A DNA stretch of 64,000 bases from Bdellovibrionota bacterium (GTDB lineage Bacteria > Bdellovibrionota > UBA1018 > CAIPTA01 > JAALKR01): the NCBI GenBank assembly GCA_965207455.1, contig CBDBMJ010000001.1:704001-768000 (forward strand), written 5' to 3'. The translations under genes were made by a program, and so were the position numbers. Under the pieces are notes generated by a model, which was not told the origin of the DNA, ran no database searches, and worked only from the letters and a program-made list of their open reading frames with translations. Numbering within the stretch: the stretch's first letter is position 1; the number at the start of each line of letters is the position of its first letter. Positions 9,322 to 18,324 of the stretch are shown piece after piece.

Positions 9322-11776
9322 CAAAAAAATCTCTTTCTGTGTCATTATCATCGTCTATTTGATTGAATTTATCCTCATCAGAGTTTTCTTTTATTTTATT
9401 TAAATCTGGAAGATTATCTTTAATGGCTTGTATTTCTCTTGAGGATGGGTCTTTACCGCCTAAGTTATTATAAATAAATTCTTCTCTTCTTTTAATTCGC
9501 TCAGTTAGTAGGCTTCGAGTTCTACTATGTTTGGTGATAATATGGGGAGTTATGAATATTATTAAGTCCACTTTTGATGTACTAATAGAAGAGTTTTTAA
9601 ATAACCAACCAAGCACAGGAATATCTCCTAAAATAGGTACTTTATTGATAGTTCTTTCTGATTTTTCTCTAATAAGTCCACTGATTACAGCAGTATCGTT
9701 ATTTTTTATTATTACAGTTGTTTTCGTGCTTCTGGAGCTTCTACCTACTGCACTATCAGTTAAAGCTGAAGGAACATTGGATTTGGTAAATTCTTGTAAT
9801 GTTTGTTCTATCTTTAATTTTACAGAGTCAGATTCTCTGTTGATTTGCGGAGTAACTTTTAATTTTAAACTTGCTTTTTGTAAATCAAATGATGTAGTAA
9901 CATTGCCACCAGTAGCTCCTACAACTGTTTTTCGAAAAGGTACTTCATCACTAATTTCCACTATTGATTCTTCATTATCCATGGCTACAATTTGAGGGGC
10001 AGCAACCACATTTCCACTTCCAGAGGATTGTAATAATTCCACTAGCCCTTGCAAATCATAAACCTTTAAATCACTATTAGGTAAGTTTTTTAAGCCTCCT
10101 CTTTTGAAACCTAGAGATAATCCTGGCGAAGGAGAACCTGCAATGAAATTTTGCAAATTGACACTAGGAAAAGAAATTCCATTTTTTGGATTGATAAAAG
10201 AAAATCCATATCCATCAGTTTTATTAATTGCCAGTTCCATAATAATAGCTTCTACAAAAACTTGATTTCTAGGAATATCTAATTTTTTAATGACTCCCGT
10301 TAATGTAATAAAATCTTGAGGTGAAGCTGTAATCACAAGAGATTGAGTTGCTTTGTCTGGACTAATTAGTATTTGATCTTGAAAAATACTAGCTGTATTA
10401 TTATCTAGACCAGATCTACTATATCGATTATATGTGGAGCTACCTCTTTTGGGTCTCTGCTTTTTTGAATTTGAAGTTATGGCACCAAGAGATTTTGATA
10501 TTTGTTCCGCATCGGAATGTTTTAAACGATATACATGAATTCGACTGTTCTTTTGAGAAGAATCTAATTCAGTATCTAATTTGCGTACTAATTTTTTAAT
10601 TTCTATTATGCCAGATTTATTTGCTTTTACAATCAAGCTATTTGTTCGCTCATCAGCGATGATCTGACTTATGGAAATATTTCCTTGGCTAGTGTCACTC
10701 ATTTTATTATTAAATCTACGCCTGCTGGAAACTCTACTTCTACTACTTCTTCTTGAACTACTGCTGTCTGAACTTATTATTTTTTCAATCAAATTAGCTA
10801 TATCTTTAGCGGCAGCATATAAAATTGGAATCACTTCTAAAGATTCTTGAAATCCCTTAACGTCAAGTATTTCAATTAGTTCTAGGATTCGTCTTATATG
10901 TGCAGCAGTATCTGTGATAATTAATGTATTGGTTTGTTTATAAGCAGCAATTCGACCAGTTCGAGGTATCCATTGACTAAATGTCTTTCGTACTTCTTCT
11001 GCATTGATATATTTTAAAGAAATGATTCTTGTTATATATTGATCCGTATTTGGTGTATTTTTTCCTGTATAAATAGGAATTTGTTTTGTTTTTGCATTAC
11101 TCGACTGTTCAATTCGTAAGTACTCTCCAGAAGGTATAATAGTATATCCTTTTAAATCCAATGCAGTTAAAAATGCCTTCCATGCATCCCCTACAGTTAT
11201 GGAGGATTCAGAAACAATGGATATTTTACCTTTAATTTGTTGTGCATTATAAATGAAATTTTTTCCAGTCAATTTAGCTATAGCTTTTACTATGGTTAAT
11301 ATTTCTGTATCAGGATAATGAAAGTTTTGCACTATTTCTTTAGAATTTGCAAAGTTTGTATTCCTTTTACTTTTTGTAGATATTATTAAATCTTTTCCTG
11401 AGCTTTTAGTATTGGTACTATTACTAGTACTGTTTCTACTACTGTCTCTAGTACTGCTGTTGTCACTACTTCTACCATAATCAGACCGTTCTCTTCCTTT
11501 ATTTCTTTCTATTATTTTTAGACCTTTTTTCAACAAATCCTCTTCTTCTTCCTCCTCCTCTTGCTTTTTTATATCGATTTCTCTTCCTTCCATTCCTTCT
11601 CTTTCTCTATCATTATCAAAAAATATTTTTTTATCTGAGTTTGGATTTTTAGGTAAATTATTGAACGGATTTTTTATGGAGTCATCTTGTGCAAATAGTG
11701 CACCTGACATTGTCAGGATTAAGCAGAATCCGAAGATAATTAATTTAATGTATCTAGTGTTTTGTTTCATTTTCAT
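9314..11776 (-). CDS. gspD: T2SS secretin GspD
   Basis: Signal peptide, N0-N3 repeats (IAAYKQTNTLII, IADERTNSLIV), LDIPRNQVFVEAIIME, KVPILGDIPVLGWLFK. Confidence 0.95.
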   Translation of the reverse strand: MKMKQNTRYIKLIIFGFCLILTMSGALFAQDDSIKNPFNNLPKNPNSDKKIFFDNDREREGMEGREIDIKKQEEEEEEEDLLKKGLKIIERNKGRERSDYGRSSDNSSTRDSSRNSTSNSTNTKSSGKDLIISTKSKRNTNFANSKEIVQNFHYPDTEILTIVKAIAKLTGKNFIYNAQQIKGKISIVSESSITVGDAWKAFLTALDLKGYTIIPSGEYLRIEQSSNAKTKQIPIYTGKNTPNTDQYITRIISLKYINAEEVRKTFSQWIPRTGRIAAYKQTNTLIITDTAAHIRRILELIEILDVKGFQESLEVIPILYAAAKDIANLIEKIISSDSSSSRRSSRSRVSSRRRFNNKMSDTSQGNISISQIIADERTNSLIVKANKSGIIEIKKLVRKLDTELDSSQKNSRIHVYRLKHSDAEQISKSLGAITSNSKKQRPKRGSSTYNRYSRSGLDNNTASIFQDQILISPDKATQSLVITASPQDFITLTGVIKKLDIPRNQVFVEAIIMELAINKTDGYGFSFINPKNGISFPSVNLQNFIAGSPSPGLSLGFKRGGLKNLPNSDLKVYDLQGLVELLQSSGSGNVVAAPQIVAMDNEESIVEISDEVPFRKTVVGATGGNVTTSFDLQKASLKLKVTPQINRESDSVKLKIEQTLQEFTKSNVPSALTDSAVGRSSRSTKTTVIIKNNDTAVISGLIREKSERTINKVPILGDIPVLGWLFKNSSISTSKVDLIIFITPHIITKHSRTRSLLTERIKRREEFIYNNLGGKDPSSREIQAIKDNLPDLNKIKENSDEDKFNQIDDDNDTERDFFDE

Positions 11777-11781
11777 ACTCC

Positions 11782-12858
11782 TTATTCGATATTGTAAATC
11801 ATGTTAAACTTTTTTGAGCCTCTTTGAAGAGATAGTTCAATTTTATCTGCCGATTTTAATTGATAAAATAACTCAAAAGCTTTAGATGGGTCGTTTAATG
11901 ATTCGCCATTTATTTCATATATTATGTCGTTATTTTTTAGGCCCAATTTATCATATATGGAGCCTTTTTTGATTTGCATACAACGATATCCTTCTTGCTG
12001 CCCATTCACATTATTTGGAATACATCGAGCTTGTCGCATGATCTTTTTGATGTTTTTTAAAGAATTATTTACTTCTTCTCTGTCAATTTTCATGACTTTA
12101 TCTTCAATTTCTTGGGAGGAAGAGGAATTATTGAAATTTCTGTAACTTCTAGAAGAAGTTCTTATTGGAAGGCTGTTTACTTCTTCTGGAATTTCAATAT
12201 ATTCCTTTCTATTTGTTTTTTTATTAATAAAAATTAACTGATTATCTGTTATATCGTAAATGATTAAATCAGGATCCATTGGCTCATTGATTCGAACAGC
12301 TACAGTTGTATTGGCCTTTCTATCATTTACACTTGCAATACTTTTCAATCTATCTTGAAGAATAATAACTCCAAGTAAATCAAGAGGAAGTGAGGATTTT
12401 ACAGCGGTACCATCAACATCTGGTATAGCATTCCGTATATCCGGTATTAAACCGTCTTTATTAAATAAATTTCTTTTAAATATTTGACTATACTCTTGAA
12501 TACCTATAATACTTATTTTTTTAGATATAGGTTGTATGGGCTCTACATTAGGTATATAAACACCCATTATGGCTAGAACTAAATCAGCAGCCAAGTAAGC
12601 ACATAGAATAATGGCAACGCAGTTGATATATATATATCGATTCTTATAAAGAGCTATTTTTTTAGATAATCGTTTCGTATCTAGGTGGGAAGCAACCTGT
12701 GATAGTTTTCCTACTTTAGGCTTGAGGTTGATATTTTTAAATTTGGCTTTAGAAGGGAAGCTCATTTTCTTAAAAGGAAAGGGTGGGATTCCCTTTATTT
12801 TTTTCAGGATGTTTTTGAGGCTGAGCCTCTTGAAAAGTAGTAATAATTTTCTATACAC
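11782..12858 (-). CDS. gspC: T2SS protein GspC with PDZ domain
   Basis: TM, HR domain (LPLDLLGVI), C-terminal PDZ (KLGLKNNDIIYEINGESL); first gene of the operon. Confidence 0.88.
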   Translation of the reverse strand: MYRKLLLLFKRLSLKNILKKIKGIPPFPFKKMSFPSKAKFKNINLKPKVGKLSQVASHLDTKRLSKKIALYKNRYIYINCVAIILCAYLAADLVLAIMGVYIPNVEPIQPISKKISIIGIQEYSQIFKRNLFNKDGLIPDIRNAIPDVDGTAVKSSLPLDLLGVIILQDRLKSIASVNDRKANTTVAVRINEPMDPDLIIYDITDNQLIFINKKTNRKEYIEIPEEVNSLPIRTSSRSYRNFNNSSSSQEIEDKVMKIDREEVNNSLKNIKKIMRQARCIPNNVNGQQEGYRCMQIKKGSIYDKLGLKNNDIIYEINGESLNDPSKAFELFYQLKSADKIELSLQRGSKKFNMIYNIE

Positions 12859-12870
12859 TTTGAAAATTAT

Positions 12871-12886
12871 TGCAAGAATCCAGCCA
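12871..12886 (-). promoter_or_regulatory. Putative sigma54 (-24/-12) promoter of the gsp operon
   Basis: Minus strand reads TGGCTGGATTCTTGCA, i.e. GG-N10-GC. Confidence 0.6.
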
Positions 12887-12968
12887 TAATTATACCTTTT
12901 TTTTATCGTGTATTTTGCCTATAATAGGGCTATTATTGTGTTAATAGGGAAGTTTAGGGATGAGGGAA

Positions 12969-13004
12969 TGGCAAAATAGCAAAAAACCTTTGGCAAAATG
13001 GCAA
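12969..13004. promoter_or_regulatory. Direct repeat TGGCAAAAT(A/G)GCAA x2, candidate activator-binding site
   Basis: 12969-12982 and 12991-13004, 13/14 identical, 22-bp period, about 110-145 bp upstream of the predicted sigma54 start site. Confidence 0.45.
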
Positions 13005-13005
13005 T

Positions 13006-13419
13006 TTATTTTTCCATAATTTCAACTTTATCTCCTGCAATAATATTTTTATGGCGACTACTGATTGCACGAGCAAGGGGAAGGGGTTTATTTTTCAATA
13101 CACGCCCTATGGATCGATTATTTTCTACACTAATTACGGTTAGAATACCTATCGGAAATGTGAAAACTTGGCTTTCATTTTCTTTTAACTGATTTATTGC
13201 CTTGATCTTGCGGATTACTTTTAGCTTAGAACCCACTTTAATTCCTTGATCTGATCCAATATTCATATAATAATCCTTTATGCGAGGTTCTTTATCGCTC
13301 ATGGGAAAATCTATATTGGTGCCAATAACAAGAAACTCGGTATTTCCATGGGCAACACGGTTTCCTGTGAATGATAGTCCCAGTACCATTAGAGCAAAAA
13401 AAATAGCATTTTTCTTCAT
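13006..13419 (-). CDS. Secreted hypothetical protein, FlgT C-terminal-like beta domain
   Basis: Signal peptide; YYMNIGSDQGIKVGSKLKVIR resembles FlgT_C-type domains. Confidence 0.55.
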   Translation of the reverse strand: MKKNAIFFALMVLGLSFTGNRVAHGNTEFLVIGTNIDFPMSDKEPRIKDYYMNIGSDQGIKVGSKLKVIRKIKAINQLKENESQVFTFPIGILTVISVENNRSIGRVLKNKPLPLARAISSRHKNIIAGDKVEIMEK

Positions 13420-13426
13420 AGCTTTT

Positions 13427-13454
13427 CTCTCGACATTTCGAACAGAAAAGTTTA
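13427..13454 (-). promoter_or_regulatory. Putative sigma28 (FliA) promoter
   Basis: Minus strand TAAA-N16-GTCGAGAG, 7 nt before ATG 13419 (consensus TAAA-N15-GCCGATAA). Confidence 0.4.
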
Positions 13455-15269
13455 GATAATTACTCGTACTCCACCCAATTCGGCAATATTATGGGGTAAG
13501 CTGTCTCCTGGGCAGGAAATAAACATATAGTTTACGGCCACGTTTAGTCGACGGCTAAGTGCTTGTATTGTTTCCGGGCTAAAGACTCCTTTTACTGTTA
13601 ACAGGTCAAGGTGTACGTTGGGGTAGGCCTTACTTAAAAACAAAAGGTTATTTTGGAAAGTACTGGAAATCTCTATATTGTCTTTATCTAGGTAGACAAT
13701 CTGGATATGGGATGAAGATTCGTTTTCTTGAATGTATAGGAGTGCACGATTGAGGTTTTTTAAATCGTCACCTCTGGAGAAATATATTACGGGTCGTTTT
13801 CTAGTATTTTTAATGAAATTTAAAATATATTTCTGAACCTGGGAGTTGGTGACAGTGATGTGTTGAAAAATATCTCGTATAATTTTTAATAGTAAAGACA
13901 TGATTTGAGACCTCAGGAGCATGGCACTTACTAAAATCATACTTATGAAAAAATAATTAAAGAAAATAATAAAATCTTTTCCAATAAAGAAAATATTTCC
14001 TATGAGTCCCAGTATGGCAGCAAAAAAAGCTAGACCAACCTCATACCAAGTGGATTTCACTGATCTGGGTAGGCGACTTCTTTTCACCTTCAGCAACATA
14101 TTTCCAAACGCAAATAAAATCATTACAGATAGGAAAGATATGGTATATACACTGGCAAGGCTAGTGAGCTTGCCTTTTGTGGAAATATAAATAGAGCAAC
14201 ATAGAATCCAAAAGGTGGTAATAGCTATAATATCTGTTTTCCATGGAGTTCGTTTAAGAAGAAATTGAGGAAGGCAACCGTCTAAAGTCATTCTACGAAT
14301 TAAACCATTGGAGCCAACAAAAGCCGTTAGTACGGCACCAGATAGGACTAATGTGGCATCGATACTAATTAATGTTTTTAACCAAGAACCACTAATTTCT
14401 CCGCCCATATGGGCTAGCAAATCCTCTGAATGGTTAGAAATTTCATTCATGGGAACAATGCCTAAAGCCAGCAAGGCAAGTAGAGGATTAAAAATAATTA
14501 CCAGTAGCCACATATTTCTCAGTGTTTTGGGAAATACGCCTTTTTCCTGTTCTTCCACAAAATTTGCAGAGCTTTCAAAGCCACTAATACCTAAAAAGGC
14601 AGCAGAAAAACCAATAAGCAGTGCCATGGGCCATGCGTGGGGTAGGGGGGCAGCCATATTGTTGAGAAAAATTTCAGGTTGTAGAATCAATGAAAAAACA
14701 CCTAAGACAGAGAGAAACACCATAGAGAAAATATGAAAGATGAAAATACACAGGGCTACGCGAGCAGATTCCCCAATGCCTGCAATGGCCAATAAAGCAA
14801 AACCACTCAATAGAATAAGTACGGATTCCTTAATGGGAATAAAATGGAAGAGATTTTGTGCATAATGAATAGCTTCACTGGCACTAATTACGGCTGTGGC
14901 TAGGTAAGAGAGTATGGTGAGGCAAGCAGCCATAGAGGCTCGTAGCTTGGTTGTAGTATTTAAAAGAGCATTATAGGCTCCTCCATTTAAGGGAAGAGCA
15001 GATACCACTTCTGTATAGACTTTACGAAATAGGTAGAGTACGAGGCCTATGGCAAGAAGAGCTACAGGGGCAAGTTTTCCAGCCACTCCAATAGTAATAG
15101 CAGAAACATACAAACAACTGGAGCCAATATCGTTACCACAGATAGCAGTACTAAGAAGTTCATTTAATTTTTTTTTTGGAGAACTGCGAGCAACACTCCG
15201 AACTTCAAGATCTGTGATTTTTTCTATGGAGATTCTTCCAATTAATAAGTTTTGTTTTCCTTCAGTCAT
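13452..15269 (-). CDS. APC family amino acid permease with C-terminal cytoplasmic domain
   Basis: TAICGNDIGSSCLY, ALPLNGGAYNAL, GISGFESSANFVEE; about 12 TM segments. Confidence 0.9.
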   Translation of the reverse strand: MTEGKQNLLIGRISIEKITDLEVRSVARSSPKKKLNELLSTAICGNDIGSSCLYVSAITIGVAGKLAPVALLAIGLVLYLFRKVYTEVVSALPLNGGAYNALLNTTTKLRASMAACLTILSYLATAVISASEAIHYAQNLFHFIPIKESVLILLSGFALLAIAGIGESARVALCIFIFHIFSMVFLSVLGVFSLILQPEIFLNNMAAPLPHAWPMALLIGFSAAFLGISGFESSANFVEEQEKGVFPKTLRNMWLLVIIFNPLLALLALGIVPMNEISNHSEDLLAHMGGEISGSWLKTLISIDATLVLSGAVLTAFVGSNGLIRRMTLDGCLPQFLLKRTPWKTDIIAITTFWILCCSIYISTKGKLTSLASVYTISFLSVMILFAFGNMLLKVKRSRLPRSVKSTWYEVGLAFFAAILGLIGNIFFIGKDFIIFFNYFFISMILVSAMLLRSQIMSLLLKIIRDIFQHITVTNSQVQKYILNFIKNTRKRPVIYFSRGDDLKNLNRALLYIQENESSSHIQIVYLDKDNIEISSTFQNNLLFLSKAYPNVHLDLLTVKGVFSPETIQALSRRLNVAVNYMFISCPGDSLPHNIAELGGVRVII

Positions 15270-16158
15270 GAGGTATTTTTTCTCCTATTTTCTCTCCTAA
15301 CTGAATAAAACATTCTGTTTTCTGTTTTGTTTTTTTGATAATGTCAGTATCTGGCATCCATTTGTTTTCCTCACCAATAAGAATAACAGTGGAGCCTCCA
15401 AAAAGGAAGTAGCCTTTTTCGTCACCACGTTGGGATTGCTTGAAAAAATTGCTTTGTATAATGGTGCTCACAAATAGGGCGCCAACTTCAATATAAGCTA
15501 TTTTTCCAAAATTTTTTGTTTCTAAAATGCTTACTTGTCGCTCGTTAGTAAATAAGATATTTTTTTTGAATTTTAATGCTATTGGATTTACGGAATGGAA
15601 CTTTCCGTTTAAATGATAGTGTTCCAGTAGAGTGCTTTCGTCAATATAATGAAATCGATGATAATCTGTTGGGCAAAGTCGGGCCACATAGCAAGGTCCA
15701 TTACGGAATGTATCTGCCCATTTTTTTCGTCCAAGAATTTTATCTACAGGTAACCATAGGCCTTTTACTGGAATGGATTTTTTAGAACTTAGTTTCTCAT
15801 AGGCAAGATAGCGTCCTTCACAAAAAGCAGGAATTTGAGATTCTGTTTGTACAAATGAACGGGAATTTTTCTTAAATTTTCGAGTGAAAAAATGATTAAA
15901 AGAAGGGTAATTTCTTTTCTCATAGTCTGCCATATTTACGGAAAATTGTTGGATAAATGGACGGATTTTTTTTTGACTATGTCTTGTATTTTGATAGGAA
16001 CCATATAGGCTACTCACCCAAGAATTTTTTGCTATTATATTGCTAATAGCGCGACCAATGGGATTTCCATAGAGGAGCCGAATGGGGAGCTCTCCATAGA
16101 CAAACTCCACTTCCTCACATGCTTTTTTTCGATTCCAAAACTTGATTTGTTTTTTCAT
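15262..16158 (-). CDS. psd: Phosphatidylserine decarboxylase
   Basis: SFNHFFTRK, RLCPTDYHRFH, autocleavage motif FGGST. Confidence 0.92.
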   Translation of the reverse strand: MKKQIKFWNRKKACEEVEFVYGELPIRLLYGNPIGRAISNIIAKNSWVSSLYGSYQNTRHSQKKIRPFIQQFSVNMADYEKRNYPSFNHFFTRKFKKNSRSFVQTESQIPAFCEGRYLAYEKLSSKKSIPVKGLWLPVDKILGRKKWADTFRNGPCYVARLCPTDYHRFHYIDESTLLEHYHLNGKFHSVNPIALKFKKNILFTNERQVSILETKNFGKIAYIEVGALFVSTIIQSNFFKQSQRGDEKGYFLFGGSTVILIGEENKWMPDTDIIKKTKQKTECFIQLGEKIGEKIPHD

Positions 16159-17002
16159 AAAAATTTTCCCATTTATTTTTTAAATATGGAGGTACGGCAT
16201 CAGCACAGTCCGGGCAATAGCGCTCTCGTATGGAAAACTCTTTCTTGACCCTTGGATTGTGGATGGGTATCTGGCAAGCATTGCAGAAAGAGGTTGTTGT
16301 TTCCTGTAGATTCTTACCTACAGAAACACGTCCATCAAAAACAAAGCATTCTCCTTGATAGTGTTGGTTACCACATTTTTCAAAATATTTCAGAATCCCT
16401 CCATTGAGCTGGTAAACATCCTTAAAACCAAGATTCTTTAAGTAGGGGGCAGCCTTTTCACAACGAATACCTCCTGTACAATAGGTTACAATGGTCTTAT
16501 CTTTATATTTCCCGGGCAGCTGTTTGGCTGCTTTTTTAAAGTTAGTAAAGTTCTCCAGCTCTAAGTTTAGAGAATTTTTAAAAGCACCGAATTCTAGCTC
16601 GAAATCGTTTCGAATATCCATAACCACCATATCTTTTCTTTCATCATACCATTGCTTGAGTGTCTCAGGTGAAATATAAGAGGCAGGGGATTTGCCGGCA
16701 GAAAGAGGAGACTCTCGAAATGTAATAATCTCAGGTTTAATTTTTATAAACAAACGACGAAAGGGGTTTTCTGTACAAAAGTTTTGTTTATAGTCCAATG
16801 ATTCAAAGTGCTCCATAAATAATTGTAGTATGGGTTTTTTGTATAGTTTGGGGAAGGCGAGGGTAGTATTTACTCCTTCTGGGCTAAGAATTATCGTTCC
16901 CTTGCAGTTATATTGGGCAAGCTTGTGCTGGAAGGCTTCCTTTTTTTCCTCCAAGGCCTTAAGTGGCATAAATTTATAAAAGCTTAGAATAAAACTGGAC
17001 AT
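16115..17002 (-). CDS. trhO: Rhodanese-domain tRNA uridine(34) hydroxylase TrhO/YceA family
   Basis: SFYKF, KGTIILSPEGVN, DIRNDFE, YCTGGIRCEKA, QLNGGILKY, GECFVFDGR. Confidence 0.88.
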   Translation of the reverse strand: MSSFILSFYKFMPLKALEEKKEAFQHKLAQYNCKGTIILSPEGVNTTLAFPKLYKKPILQLFMEHFESLDYKQNFCTENPFRRLFIKIKPEIITFRESPLSAGKSPASYISPETLKQWYDERKDMVVMDIRNDFELEFGAFKNSLNLELENFTNFKKAAKQLPGKYKDKTIVTYCTGGIRCEKAAPYLKNLGFKDVYQLNGGILKYFEKCGNQHYQGECFVFDGRVSVGKNLQETTTSFCNACQIPIHNPRVKKEFSIRERYCPDCADAVPPYLKNKWENFYEKTNQVLESKKSM

Positions 17003-17541
17003 TATAAAGGCTTTTTAGATTTGAGAACGGATAGGTGCTCCCGATAACCTAGTCGAATTTGGATAAATTCATTGTGGGTAAAGCCAATGGCCTTAGAAAT
17101 TACGCGAATCTCTTCATTTTCCACATTGCTGATACCATCCTCTGTCGCTAACTGGAATAATGCTTCTAAGAGTTTTTTCTTTTGTTCTGGACTCCCATAT
17201 TGCTTTACCCGCTCCCAAACCTCATAGTCCTCCAGGGTGTTGCGCAGGGTGGACTCTATGGCGAGTCGAGCCACCTCTTGAGCCTGTTTTTCGGTCAACC
17301 CCAAATTACTTTTTAAAATATGATACAGGCTGTCTTTTTCTTTTTGGGATATCTCGGAATCTGCATACGCTACCTGTCCCAGGAGTAGGGCCACAGCAGC
17401 GATATAATAGGCTTGGTTTTGGGTCAATTCCTCTAAAACGAGTTCTATACGCTTTAGATCATCCTCTTCTTTTGGAGAGAGTTGGACTGATGATTCAGAT
17501 TTATTAGAATTGGAGGAAAAGAAGGAATCAAAGAAGCCCAT
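17002..17541 (-). CDS. TerB family protein
   Basis: LLGQVAYADSEISQKE and LFQLATEDGISNVENEEIRVIS paired TerB helices. Confidence 0.82.
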   Translation of the reverse strand: MGFFDSFFSSNSNKSESSVQLSPKEEDDLKRIELVLEELTQNQAYYIAAVALLLGQVAYADSEISQKEKDSLYHILKSNLGLTEKQAQEVARLAIESTLRNTLEDYEVWERVKQYGSPEQKKKLLEALFQLATEDGISNVENEEIRVISKAIGFTHNEFIQIRLGYREHLSVLKSKKPL

Positions 17542-17618
17542 AGTTCCTTTTTTATCACTGAAAAAGGTAGCTTACAAGCAATTGAGTACTTTAGGGTGTA
17601 TTTCCAGCTATGCATAAA

Positions 17619-17646
17619 AGGTCTGATAATATATATTATGTAATAA
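17619..17646 (+). other. dif: Putative dif site (XerC/XerD chromosome dimer resolution site)
   Basis: AGGTCTGATAA-TATATA-TTATGTAATAA: 11-6-11 layout with ATAA/TTATG core; intergenic; KOPS motifs converge on this interval. Confidence 0.75.
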
Positions 17647-17711
17647 ATGGATCCATGTGTCTACTGCTGAAATATAATCCTACTGGGTGCGGTCTATGAT
17701 AAGGAGTTAAT

Positions 17712-18320
17712 ATGTTTGAATCCATTACCGAACTCCTGCTCAATTTTTCTGGTCTTCAAGCCTATTTTGCTGTTTTTTTTGCGCTCTTAATTTGCGGTCT
17801 GGGATTGCCCCTGCCAGAGGACATTACTTTGTTTGGAGCTGGTCTTTTGGCTTACTATGGTTTGGTGAATGTGCACGCTATGGTAGTTCTTTCCGTGTGG
17901 GGTGTTTTATTTGGTGACTCCCTTACCTTTGCTCTTGGCTATTACTATGGTCCGAAGCTACGAAAGTACTGGCCGTTTAGGAGAATATTGTCCGACGGTC
18001 GCTTTAACGAATTAAAGCAACGCTTTCAGGAAAGGGGCAATAAGGTTATTTTTGCTGGTCGTTTTATGCCCGGCCTCAGGGCTCCCATATTTTTCACAGC
18101 AGGTACTATTCACCTTCCCTATCGTGTTTTTCTTTTTTATAACGGTTTAGCAACTTTCATTAGTGTGCCTCTTATTATTTATGCTGTCTTTTATTTTGGA
18201 GATGAGGTGGAGCGTGTATTCAAGGTTATTCGAGGTATAGAGTATGGTATTCTTGCTTTTATTCTCATTCTCATTGCTCTATTGGTTGTTCGGTATATTT
18301 ACAAAAAAAGGCATCAGTAG
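17712..18320 (+). CDS. dedA: DedA family membrane protein
   Basis: GLGLPLPEDITL, GDSLTFALG, GRFMPGLRAP; RBS AAGGAG. Confidence 0.92.
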   Translation: MFESITELLLNFSGLQAYFAVFFALLICGLGLPLPEDITLFGAGLLAYYGLVNVHAMVVLSVWGVLFGDSLTFALGYYYGPKLRKYWPFRRILSDGRFNELKQRFQERGNKVIFAGRFMPGLRAPIFFTAGTIHLPYRVFLFYNGLATFISVPLIIYAVFYFGDEVERVFKVIRGIEYGILAFILILIALLVVRYIYKKRHQ

Positions 18321-18324
18321 AGTA

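Noticed and set aside
17..12145. Many short + strand ORFs across the gsp operon
   Set aside because: Antisense shadows of well-supported minus-strand genes, with no RBS or recognisable motifs.
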